From Macrostomum lignano (Eukaryota), in NCBI GenBank assembly GCA_002269645.1, contig NIVC01002491.1:104912-168911 (forward strand): DNA of 64,000 nt, written 5' to 3'. This document shows, piece after piece, positions 26,566 through 38,900 of this stretch. The translations under genes were made by a program, and so were the position numbers. The notes under the pieces are model-generated. The model was not told the DNA's origin, ran no database searches, and worked only from the letters and a program-made list of their open reading frames with translations. Positions within the stretch are counted from its first letter, which is position 1; every line of letters begins with the position of its first letter.

Positions 26566-26670
26566 CTATTCAATTTGTTAACTATCAATTCATTTTAAAA
26601 CCAAACAAGTTGTTACTGCAAACGCCGCATCTTCTATTTGATGAATGCATGCTGATCGAGTTAGCCAATC

Positions 26671-26881
26671 ATGTCTGGTCGTGCCGGTGGTAAAGCTGCC
26701 AGAAAATCTACTGGAAAGCAGCAGAAAAGCAAATCGTCTCGCGCCGGACTAGTTATGCCGGTTGCTAGGGTTCATCGCTACCTGAAACTCGGTCGCTACG
26801 GTAAGAAAGTTAGCGTCGGCGCCAGCGTCTACCTTGCCGCCGTCATGGAGTACCTGGTTGCGGAGGTCAACGAACTAAGCG
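26671..26881 (+). CDS. H2A: Divergent histone H2A variant, exon 1
   Basis: MSGRAGGK...[19 protein letters not shown]...[18 protein letters not shown]; donor G|gtaaga at 26881/26882, phase 1. Confidence 0.93.
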
Positions 26882-27303
26882 GTAAGAGCTCTACTCAAGC
26901 CGTAGAATGTGTAAACGGCTTTTTTGTTATTTTGCATATCATATTAGTTTAGAATGAATGATTGCTACTAAGGGGAATCAGCGCAGCTCTCTATTTTTAT
27001 TAGAGTCAGGGGACCTGTGTGCACCCTGGCGCACTTTAAGTGACACTTAAAGTCACAACCGGCGAGATGCGTTGCTGCCCATTCCGCCGACTCCCCTGAG
27101 CAGGCACACAAGCGCGCGGATGCGTACGCACTTATATTTTAGGCATGAACACTTCACTGTGCCCTGGTGGTGGGCCTCAAGGCCGCGTTAATTGCACAAG
27201 CCGAGATTCCAATTTAGCTCCAAAATTATTGTGATTGCACTTGGAATCGAGCCGCTTAGCAGAGTAGCTTCATTACCCCAGCCCAGTGAACTATTACTAG
27301 TAA

Positions 27304-27373
27304 CTCTATGATGATAAAATTCTAAATCACGGACCTAAGCTCATGACGGTTCAAGCTCAACAGGACTGAAAAA
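27304..27373 (+). ncRNA. Box C/D snoRNA candidate (copy 2), intronic in the H2A gene
   Basis: C box ATGATGA 27308-27314, C' ATGACGG 27343-27349, same guide 27351-27364, D box CTGA 27366-27369; lies ~108 nt upstream of the 3' splice site. Confidence 0.8.
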
Positions 27374-27477
27374 ATGCATTCTTTTTCTCCCATGCGCCAA
27401 TGGTGCTACTTATCAGTAGCAAGTCAAGCTTAGATTTGTTCTCCCCCCCCCGCTCCGCACAAAACGCCAACATGCAG

Positions 27478-27674
27478 GCAACGCTGCCAGGGCTAACAAG
27501 AGGAAGACCGTCACGCCCAGGCACATCATGCTAGGCGTGCGCAACGACGCCGAACTGAACGAACTGTTGAAGCACGTGCACATCAGCTTTGGCGGCGTGC
27601 TGCCCTCTATCCATCCTGTGTTGCTGAAGAAGAAGGGCAGCTTGCCGGCTGTGCCGCAGGGCAAGAGTGGCTAA
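27478..27674 (+). CDS. H2A: Divergent histone H2A variant, exon 2 (joined protein 135 aa)
   Basis: Acceptor atgcag|GC gives [65 protein letters not shown]; phase consistent with exon 1. Confidence 0.93.
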
Positions 27675-29990
27675 GGCCCGAATCCCCGGGTTTTCTTTGA
27701 CTAAATTAACTCATTAATTACAGCGTGGCAGCAGGGCAAAATTATTGCTAAATAGCTACATTTTTCATACTAAAAGTTTGGCCGTTTTTTAATCAAGCAA
27801 ATTTTTATTATTTAGCCAATCTGTCAAATTGAACTGTTTTGTATAAATTTGTTTTTCTCTTTTCAACTGTCAAGTTATGCTGATATACCTTCAGCCATAG
27901 TTGATTAGTACAAATGTAACTGTAAAAGTTGATTGCTGATTAGCTCTCTTAAAATTATGCGATTTTGTCATCGCGGCACTTATTTCTGTTCTGTTCCCCG
28001 TTTTTAGCGCAGTCGGTCATCTCTGTTGTAAAAAATCATTAAATACGCATCATCTGTTGCTGTCAGTCTCCATTTCTCTACATCCTGCACTGCCCTTGTC
28101 TAACTATCTAGCCCGCATCATACTACTAGCAATGAGTAATGCTAGAGCGTTGAAAAGTAAAAAAATACACTACTATATCAAATATAATTTCTCAACTTAG
28201 CGGTGTTAAATATACACGTTTATTAAATGATGTTGTGTTATTGCTGTTTTCTTCATTGTCTCTCTTGAAGTGCGCAGGTGTGTTGTGGAAACCTGAAATA
28301 ATGGGGAATTGAAAAGTTTGTTATTGGTATTGCATTACGACTGGGAATCTCCAATATTATGTATTGTTGACTGGCCGATTTAATCCGATAGCGTTTGAGC
28401 GGGGAAGGTGCAATACGATTTTAGGCGCTTTTTTATTGCGCAATTTGCAACAATTGAGATTAAATATTGCTATTGCAGTCTTCGCATGTCACCTGCTCGC
28501 CCAGCGCTACCGGATCTGTTTTGGTCTGTCAGGCTGGCTATAGTGGAGTAACTCTAATAAGCCGCTGTAATAGTCAAGCTGAAGCTCCGAGCTCTTTGAG
28601 TTTAGCTCTGGGCTCAGCTCGGTCCTACTTATAGGGCTCCTCACGGCGGGCGGCTGTGTGCGCGGCCAGTGCTGTGCAGTTTGGGGGGCCGCGACCGTCG
28701 CCTGACCCTCACCGCCTCATTGTTGGGTCTTGGAGTTCTTCGGGGGGAGAGAGGGAGAGGGTTATGACAGCGGGCTGGGGCTGGGTCAGAACAATGCAGT
28801 GCTCGCTATTATGGCTGCAGGCGATCAGGACTGCATTTTTCTTCTCCGAGCGAGGCAAGCAGACGCGCCTGGCTGAGCACGTCGGAGTGGTGTGGAGGGG
28901 CTGCTTTTGCTGTTGCAGCTGCGTGCCGCCTTAGCGGACCCGCCCAGCCCTGCACCCCCAGGCTAAACACGGGCAGCTCACACACTGTTAGCTGCTTTGT
29001 GCTTCTCTCCGTGTGCTCAGGCATTCTCCAAGAGCTCAAGATTTTTAAGAATGAGATGGAAGGCATATGCACACCGGCGCCGGAGCACCTGGTTGAAGAA
29101 GATTTGACTTGAATAGCCACCGCGGGCAGGCATTGCTTTACAATAATAGTTCAGCAGCCTTTATGGGCATTATTTGTATTAGTTTATTATATAGGTGAGT
29201 CGAATATTTCAGTCACATCAACAGGGGAGGGGGGTTTTAAAGTAGCATGTGGTTGCAGTGAGCTTCATTTTTGGTCTATTGTGTTGATTATAAGCTGGCA
29301 ATTGTGTGGCATATAGTGAGCATATATTAATACTATTTCACCCTCACTCTGCGAATGCAGGCGCATGCTGCAATTTTCGAATATCAAACTAAAAACTTTG
29401 TTGAGCTGCATTCATCTACAAGCAGCTCTCTTACCTCTATTATTATTCAGCTGTATGGTTGAAAACAGCCCAAACTGCAGATGCAATACATATGTATATG
29501 CCATTCGCCACTCTCTGTCCCTCTGTTGGGTGCATTTGCAGTTTTATTCATGCCAATCCTGGCAATTGCAAGTGTTTTTGCTTTCAAAAAAAGTAAACAG
29601 CGGGACGATGCCTCGTCACCCAATTAGTGCAATACTTTTGGGCTACTATGCATTATCTATAGGCCTTTGAAAGTTGTGTAGAGTTTGAATTTATTTGATA
29701 GGAATCCACAACGGCAAATATGCGTCTTAATTGTACATAACATTTTATCTTATCACTTTTCAGTTTCACTCTTTTCCGCACACGCGTATAAACATGCACA
29801 AATCAGTCGCTCCTTAACACAGTCTCGATGGTCTCGCATTATTCCTAAATGTAAGACAAACATTTTTAAATTCGTGTATAATTATTGCAATATCTCATTT
29901 TAATCGTCATAAAAGATAGAGCATTGTATCATTTGCTTTTACTTGGTGAGTTTACTGTCACCTTAGTGCATTGCTTGCTATCTTCTGTCA

Positions 29991-32900
29991 AGCAGATTTA
30001 AGCACTGAGGGCGGAGAGATCGAGGCAGATTCAAGCACTGAGGGCGGAGAGAGGCAGATTCAAGCACTGAGGGTGGAGAGAGGCAGATTCAAGCACTGCA
30101 GGGGGAGCAGAAAGGCAGATTCAAGCACTAAGGGCGGAGAGAGGCAGATTCAAGCACTGAGGGAGAGGCAGATTCAAGCACTGAGGGAGAGGCAGATTCA
30201 AGCACTGAGGGAGAGGCAGATTCAAGCACTGAGGGAGAGGCAGATTCAAGCACTGAGGGAGAGGCAGATTCAAGCACTGAGGGAGAGGCAGATTCAAGCA
30301 CTGAGGGTGGAGAGAGACAGATTCAAGCACTGAGGGCGGAGAGAGGCAGATTAAAGCACTGAGGGCGGAGAGAGGCAGATTCAAGCACTGAGGGGAGGCA
30401 GATGCAAGCATTGAGGGTGGAGAGAGGCAGATTCAAGCACTGAGGGTGGAGAGAAGCAGATTCAAGCACTGAGGAAGCAGCAGATTCAAGCACTGAGGGT
30501 GGAGACAGGCAGATTCAAGCACTGAGGGTGGAGAGAGGCAGATTCAAGCACTGAGGGCGGAGAGAGGCAGATTCAAGCACTGAGGGAGAGGCAGATTCAA
30601 GCACTGAGGGGAGGCAGATTCAAGCATTGAGGGTGGAGAGAGGCAGATTCAAGCACTGAGGGAGAGGCAGATTCAAGCACTGAGGGCGGAGAGAGGCAGA
30701 TTCAAGCACTGAGGGTGGAGAGAAGCAGATTCAAGCACTGAGGGAGAGGCAGATTCAAGCACTGAGGGAGAGGCAGATTCAAGCACTGAGGGAGAGGCAG
30801 ATTCAAGCACTGAGGGAGAGGCAGATTCAAGCACTGAGGGAGGGGAGATAGGCAGATTAAAGCACTGAGGGAGGGGAGAGAGGCAGATTCAAGCACTGAG
30901 GGCGGAGAGAGGCAGATTCAAGCACTGATGGTGGAGAGAGGCAGATTCAAGCACTGAGGGAGGGGAGAGAGGCAGATTCAAGCACTGTGGGAGCGGAGAG
31001 AGGCAGATTCAAGCACTGAGGGAGCAGCAGATTCAAGCACTGAGGGAGCGGAGAGAGGCAGATTCAAGCACTGAGGGTGGAGAGAGGCAGATTCAAGCAC
31101 TGAGGGAGCGGCAGATTCAAGCACGGAGGGAGAGGCAGATTCAAGCACTGAGGGAGCGGAGAGAGGCAGATTCAAGCACTGAGGGAGCGGAGAGAGGCAG
31201 ATTCAAGCACTGAGGGTGGAGAGAGGCAGATTCAAGCACTGAGGGAGCGGCAGATTCAAGCACTGAGGGCGGAGAGAGGCAGATTCAAGCACTGAGGGAG
31301 CGGAGAGAGGCAGATTCAAGCACTGAGGGCGGAGAGAGGCAGATTCAAGCACTGAGGGTGGAGAGAGGCAGATTCAAGCACTGAGGGTGGAGAGAGGCAG
31401 ATTCAAGCACTGAGGGAGAGGCAGATTCAAGCACTGAGGGAGAGGCAGATTCAAGCACTGAGGGAGCAGCAGATTCAAGCACTGAGGGAGCGGAGAGAGG
31501 CAGATTCAAGCACTGAGGGAGGGGAGAGAGGCAGATTCAAGCACTGAGGGAGGGGAGAGAGGCAGATTCAAGCACTGAGGGCGGAGAGAGGCAGATTCAA
31601 GCACTGAGGGAGGGGAGAGAGGCAGATTCAAGCACTGAGGGCGGAGAGAGGCAGATTCAAGCACTGAGGGAGGGGAGAGAGGCAGATTCAAGCACTGAGG
31701 GTGGAGAGAGGCAGATTCAAGCACTGAGGGAGCGGCAGATTCAAGCACGGAGGGAGAGGCAGATTCAAGCACTGAGGGAGCGGAGAGAGGCAGATTCAAG
31801 CACTGAGGGAGCGGAGAGAGGCAGATTCAAGCACTGAGGGTGGAGAGAGGCAGTTTCAAGCACTGAGGGAGCGGCAGATTCAAGCACTGAGGGAGCGGCA
31901 GTTTCAAGCACTGAGGGAGCGGCAGATTCAAGCACTGAGGGCGGAGAGAGGCAGATTCAAGCACTGAGGGAGGGGAGAGAGGCAGATTCAAGCACTGAGG
32001 GAGGGGAGAGAGGCAGATTCAAGCACTGAGGGCGGAGAGAGGCAGATTCAAGCACTGAGGGTGGAGAGAGGCAGATTCAAGCACTGAGGGTGGAGAGAGG
32101 CAGATTCAAGCACTGAGGGAGGGGAGAGAGGCAGATTCAAGCACTGAGGGAGGGGAGAGAGGCAGATTCAAGCACTGAGGGCGGAGAGAGGCAGATTCAA
32201 GCACTGAGGGTGGAGAGAGGCAGATTCAAGCACTGAGGGTGGAGAGAGGCAGATTCAAGCACTGAGGGAGAGGCAGATTCAAGCACTGAGGGAGCGGAGA
32301 GAGGCAGATTCAAGCACTGAGGGTGGAGAGAGGCAGATTCAAGCACTGAGGGAGAGGCAGATTCAAGCACTGAGGGAGCAGCAGATTCAAGCACTGAGGG
32401 AGCGGAGAGAGGCAGATTCAAGCACTGAGGGAGCGGAGAGAGGCAGATTCAAGCACTGAGGGAGCGGAGAGAGGCAGATTCAAGCACTGAGGGAGCGGAG
32501 AGAGGCAGATTCAAGCACTGAGGGCGGAGAGAGGCAGATTCAAGCACTGAGGGAGCAGCAGATTCAAGCACTGAGGGAGCGGAGAGAGGCAGATTCAAGC
32601 ACTGAGGGAGCGGAGAGAGGCAGATTCAAGCACTGAGGGAGCGGAGAGAGGCAGATTCAAGCACTGAGGGTGGAGAGAGGCAGATTCAAGCACTGAGGGA
32701 GCGGAGAGAGGCAGATTCAAGCACTGAGGGAGCGGAGAGAGGCAGATTCAAGCACTGAGGGCGGAGAGAGGCAGATTCAAGCACTGAGGGTGGAGAGAGG
32801 CAGATTCAAGCACTGAGGGAGGGGAGAGAGGCAGATTCAAGCACTGAGGGAGGGAGAGAGGCAGATTCAAGCACTGAGGGAGCGGAGAGAGGCAGATTCA

Positions 32901-35900
32901 AGCACTGTGGGAGCGGAGAGAGGCAGATTCAAGCACTGAGGGAGCAGCAGATTCAAGCACTGAGGGAGAGGCAGATTCAAGCACTGAGGGAGCGGAGAGA
33001 GGCAGATTCAAGCACTGAGGGTGGAGAGAGGCAGATTCAAGCACTGAGGGTGGAGAGAGGCAGATTCAAGCACTGAGGGAGCGGCAGATTCAAGCACTGA
33101 GGGAGAGGCAGATTCAAGCACTGAGGGAGGGGAGATAGGCAGATTCAAGCACTGAGGGAGGGGAGAGAGGCAGATTCAAGCACTGAGGGTGGAGAGAGGC
33201 AGATTCAAGCACTGAGGGAGCGGCAGATTCAAGCACGGAGGGAGAGGCAGATTCAAGCACTGAGGGAGCGGAGAGAGGCAGATTCAAGCACTGAGGGAGC
33301 GGAGAGAGGCAGATTCAAGCACTGAGGGAGCAGAAAGGCAGATTCAAGCACTGAGGGAGCAGAAAGGCAGATTCAAGCACTGAGGGAGAGGCAGATTCAA
33401 GCACTGAGGGAGCGGAGAGAGGCAGATTCAAGCACTGAGGGAGCGGAGAGAGGCAGATTCAAGCACTGAGGGAGCGGAGAGAGGCAGATTCAAGCACTGA
33501 GGGAGCGGAGAGAGGCAGATTCAAGCACTGAGGGTGGAGAGAGGCAGATTCAAGCACTGAGGGAGCGGCAGATTCAAGCACTGAGGGAGAGGCAGATTCA
33601 AGCACTGAGGGAGCGGAGAGAGGCAGATTCAAGCACTGAGGGAGCGGAGAGAGGCAGATTCAAGCACTGAGGGAGGGAGAGAGGCAGATTCAAGCACTGA
33701 GGGAGCAGCAGATTCAAGCACTGAGGGAGAGGCAGATTCAAGCACTGAGGGCGGAGAGAGGCAGATTCAAGCACTGAGGGAGGGGAGAGAGGCAGATTCA
33801 AGCACTGAGGGAGCGGAGAGAGGCAGATTCAAGCACTGAGGGAGCGGAGAGAGGCAGATTCAAGCACTGAGGGAGAGGCAGATTCAAGCACTGAGGGAGC
33901 GGAGAGAGGCAGATTCAAGCACTGAGGGTGGAGAGAGGCAGATTCAAGCACTGAGGGTGGAGAGAGGCAGATTCAAGCACTGAGGGAGCGGCAGATTCAA
34001 GCACGAGGGAGAGGCAGATTCAAGCACTGAGGGAGCGGAGAGAGGCAGATTCAAGCACTGAGGGAGCGGAGAGAGGCAGATTCAAGCACTGAGGGTGGAG
34101 AGAGGCAGATTCAAGCACTGAGGGAGCGGCAGATTCAAGCACGGAGGGAGAGGCAGATTCAAGCACTGAGGGAGCGGAGAGAGGCAGATTCAAGCACTGA
34201 GGGAGCGGAGAGAGGCAGATTCAAGCACTGAGGGTGGAGAGAGGCAGTTTCAAGCACTGAGGGAGCGGCAGATTCAAGCACTGAGGGAGCGGCAGTTTCA
34301 AGCACTGAGGGAGCGGCAGATTCAAGCACTGAGGGCGGAGAGAGGCAGATTCAAGCACTGAGGGTGGAGAGAGGCAGATTCAAGCACTGAGGGAGGGAGA
34401 GAGGCAGATTCAAGCACTGAGGGCGGAGAGAGGCAGATTCAAGCACTGAGGGTGGAGAGAGGCAGATTCAAGCACTGAGGGTGGAGAGAGGCAGATTCAA
34501 GCACTGAGGGAGGGGAGAGAGGCAGATTCAAGCACTGAGGGAGGGGAGAGAGGCAGATTCAAGCACTGAGGGCGGAGAGAGGCAGATTCAAGCACTGAGG
34601 GTGGAGAGAGGCAGATTCAAGCACTGAGGGTGGAGAGAGGCAGATTCAAGCACTGAGGGAGAGGCAGATTCAAGCACTGAGGGAGCGGAGAGAGGCAGAT
34701 TCAAGCACTGAGGGTGGAGAGAGGCAGATTCAAGCACTGAGGGAGAGGCAGATTCAAGCACTGAGGGAGCGGCAGATTCAAGCACGGAGGGAGAGGCAGA
34801 TTCAAGCACTGAGGGAGCGGAGAGAGGCAGATTCAAGCACTGAGGGAGCGGAGAGAGGCAGATTCAAGCACTGAGGGTGGAGAGAGGCAGATTCAAGCAC
34901 TGAGGGAGCGGCAGATTCAAGCACTGAGGGAGCGGCAGTTTCAAGCACTGAGGGAGCGGCAGATTCAAGCACTGAGGGCGAGAGAGGCAGATTCAAGCAC
35001 TGAGGGAGGAGAGAGGCAGATTCAAGCACTGAGGGAGGGAGAGAGGCAGATTCAAGCACTGAGGGCGGAGAGAGGCAGATTCAAGCACTGAGGGTGGAGA
35101 GAGGCAGATTCAAGCACTGAGGGTGGAGAGAGGCAGATTCAAGCACTGAGGGAGGGAGAGAGGCAGATTCAAGCACTGAGGGAGGGAGAGAGGCAGATTC
35201 AAGCACTGAGGGCGGAGAGAGGCAGATTCAAGCACTGAGGGTGGAGAGAGGCAGATTCAAGCACTGAGGGTGGAGAGAGGCAGATTCAAGCACTGAGGGA
35301 GAGGCAGATTCAAGCACTGAGGGAGCGGAGAGAGGCAGATTCAAGCACTGAGGGTGGAGAGAGGCAGATTCAAGCACTGAGGGAGAGGCAGATTCAAGCA
35401 CTGAGGGAGCAGCAGATTCAAGCACTGAGGGAGCGGAGAGAGGCAGATTCAAGCACTGAGGGAGCGGAGAGAGGCGGAGAGAGGCAGATTCAAGCACTGA
35501 GGGAGCGGAGAGAGGCAGATTCAAGCACTGAGGGAGCGGAGAGAGGCAGATTCAAGCACTGAGGGCGGAGAGAGGCAGATTCAAGCACTGAGGGAGCAGC
35601 AGATTCAAGCACTGAGGGAGCGGAGAGAGGCAGATTCAAGCACTGAGGGAGCGGAGAGAGGCAGATTCAAGCACTGAGGGAGCGGAGAGAGGCAGATTCA
35701 AGCACTGAGGGGGAGAGGCAGATTCAAGCACTGAGGGAGCGGAGAGAGGCAGATTCAAGCACTGAGGGAGCGGAGAGAGGCAGATTCAAGCACTGAGGGC
35801 GGAGAGAGGCAGATTCAAGCACTGAGGGTGGAGAGAGGCAGATTCAAGCACTGAGGGAGGGGAGAGAGGCAGATTCAAGCACTGAGGGAGGGGAGAGAGG

Positions 35901-38900
35901 CAGATTCAAGCACTGAGGGAGCGGAGAGAGGCAGATTCAAGCACTGTGGGAGCGGAGAGAGGCAGATTCAAGCACTGAGGGAGCAGCAGATTCAAGCACT
36001 GAGGGAGAGGCAGATTCAAGCACTGAGGGAGCGGAGAGAGGCAGATTCAAGCACTGAGGGGGAGAGAGGCAGATTCAAGCACTGAGGGTGGAGAGAGGCA
36101 GATTCAAGCACTGAGGGAGCGGCAGATTCAAGCACTGAGGGAGAGGCAGATTCAAGCACTGAGGGAGGGGAGAGGCAGATTCAAGCACTGAGGGAGGGGA
36201 GAGAGGCAGATTCAAGCACTGAGGGTGGAGAGAGGCAGATTCAAGCACTGAGGGAGCGGCAGATTCAAGCACGAGGGAGAGGCAGATTCAAGCACTGAGG
36301 GAGCGGAGAGAGGCAGATTCAAGCACTGAGGGAGCGGAGAGAGGCAGATTCAAGCACTGAGGGAGCAGAGAGGCAGATTCAAGCACTGAGGGAGCAGAGG
36401 CAGATTCAAGCACTGAGGGAGAGAGCAGATTCAAGCACTGAGGGAGCGGAGAGAGGCAGATTCAAGCACTGAGGGAGCGGAGAGAGGCAGATTCAAGCAC
36501 TGAGGGAGCGGAGAGAGGCAGATTCAAGCACTGAGGGAGCGGAGAGAGGCAGATTCAAGCACTGAGGGGGAGAGAGGCAGATTCAAGCACTGAGGGAGCG
36601 GCAGATTCAAGCACTGAGGGAGAGGCAGATTCAAGCACTGAGGGAGCGGAGAGAGGCAGATTCAAGCACTGAGGGAGCGGAGAGAGGCAGATTCAAGCAC
36701 TGAGGGAGGGGAGAGAGGCAGATTCAAGCACTGAGGGAGAGCAGATTCAAGCACTGAGGGAGAGGCAGATTCAAGCACTGAGGGCGGAGAGAGGCAGATT
36801 CAAGCACTGAGGGAGGGAGAGAGGCAGATTCAAGCACTGAGGGAGCGGAGAGAGGCAGATTCAAGCACTGAGGGAGCGGAGAGAGGCAGATTCAAGCACT
36901 GAGGGAGAGGCAGATTCAAGCACTGAGGGCGGAGAGAGGCAGATTCAAGCACTGAGGGTGGAGAGAGGCAGATTCAAGCACTGAGGGTGGAGAGAGGCAG
37001 ATTCAAGCACTGAGGGAGCGGCAGATTCAAGCACGAGGGAGGGAGAGGCAGATTCAAGCACTGAGGGAGCGGAGAGAGGCAGATTCAAGCACTGAGGGAG
37101 CGAGAGAGGCAGATTCAAGCACTGAGGGTGGAGAGAGGCAGATTCAAGCACTGAGGGAGCGGCAGATTCAAGCACGGAGGGAGAGGCAGATTCAAGCACT
37201 GAGGGAGCGGAGAGAGGCAGATTCAAGCACTGAGGGAGGAGAGAGGCAGATTCAAGCACTGAGGGTGGAGAGAGGCAGATTCAAGCACTGAGGGAGCGGC
37301 AGATTCAAGCACTGAGGGAGCGGCAGATTCAAGCACTGAGGGCGGAGAGAGGCAGATTCAAGCACTGAGGGAGGGGAGAGAGGCAGATTCAAGCACTGAG
37401 GGAGGGGAGAGAGGCAGATTCAAGCACTGAGGGAGAGAGGCAGATTCAAGCACTGAGGGTGGAGAGAGGCAGATTCAAGCACTGAGGGTGGAGAGAGGCA
37501 GATTCAAGCACTGAGGGAGGGAGAGAGGCAGATTCAAGCACTGAGGGAGGGAGAGAGGCAGATTCAAGCACTGAGGGGGAGAGAGGCAGATTCAAGCACT
37601 GAGGGAGAGAGGCAGATTCAAGCACTGAGGGTGGAGAGGGCAGATTCAAGCACTGAGGGAGAGAGGCAGATTCAAGCACTGAGGGAGAGAGAGGCAGATT
37701 CAAGCACTGAGGGTGGAGAGAGGCAGATTCAAGCACTGAGGGAGAGGCAGATTCAAGCACTGAGGGAGCGGCAGATTCAAGCACTGAGGGAGAGGCAGAT
37801 TCAAGCACTGAGGGAGCGGAGAGAGGCAGATTCAAGCACTGAGGGAGCGGAGAGAGGCAGATTCAAGCACTGAGGGTGGAGAGAGGCAGTTCAAGCACTG
37901 AGGGAGCGGCAGATTCAAGCACTGAGGGAGCGGCAGTTTCAAGCACTGAGGGAGCGGCAGATTCAAGCACTGAGGGCGGAGAGAGGCAGATTCAAGCACT
38001 GAGGGAGGGAGAGAGGCAGATTCAAGCACTGAGGGAGGGGAGAGAGGCAGATTCAAGCACTGAGGGCGGAGAGAGGCAGATTCAAGCACTGAGGGTGGAG
38101 AGAGGCAGATTCAAGCACTGAGGGTGGAGAGAGGCAGATTCAAGCACTGAGGGGGGAGAGAGGCAGATTCAAGCACTGAGGGAGGGGAGAGAGGCAGATT
38201 CAAGCACTGAGGGCGGAGAGAGGCAGATTCAAGCACTGAGGGTGGAGAGAGGCAGATTCAAGCACTGAGGGTGGAGAGAGGCAGATTCAAGCACTGAGGG
38301 AGAGGCAGATTCAAGCACTGAGGGAGCGGAGAGAGGCAGATTCAAGCACTGAGGGTGGAGAGAGGCAGATTCAAGCACTGAGGGAGAGGCAGATTCAAGC
38401 ACTGAGGGAGCAGCAGATTCAAGCACTGAGGGAGCGGAGAGAGGCAGATTCAAGCACTGAGGGAGCGGAGAGAGGCAGATTCAAGCACTGAGGGAGCGGA
38501 GAGAGGCAGATTCAAGCACTGAGGGAGCGGAGAGAGGCAGATTCAAGCACTGAGGGCGGAGAGAGGCAGATTCAAGCACTGAGGGAGCAGCAGATTCAAG
38601 CACTGAGGGAGCGGAGAGAGGCAGATTCAAGCACTGAGGGAGCGGAGAGAGGCAGATTCAAGCACTGAGGGAGCGGAGAGAGGCAGATTCAAGCACTGAG
38701 GGTGGAGAGAGGCAGATTCAAGCACTGAGGGAGCGGAGAGAGGCAGATTCAAGCACTGAGGGAGCGGAGAGAGGCAGATTCAAGCACTGAGGGCGGAGAG
38801 AGGCAGATTCAAGCACTGAGGGTGGAGAGAGGCAGATTCAAGCACTGAGGGAGGGAGAGAGGCAGATTCAAGCACTGAGGGAGGGAGAGAGGCAGATTCA

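Noticed and set aside
27675-27720. Histone 3' stem-loop after the H2A stop
   Set aside because: ccccgggg does not match the conserved 6-bp stem/4-nt loop; consistent with a polyadenylated variant instead
28767-29112. ATG-less open frame ending in a possible terminal exon (29021-29112, ILQELKIFKNEMEG...)
   Set aside because: No recognisable family and no partner exon or donor found
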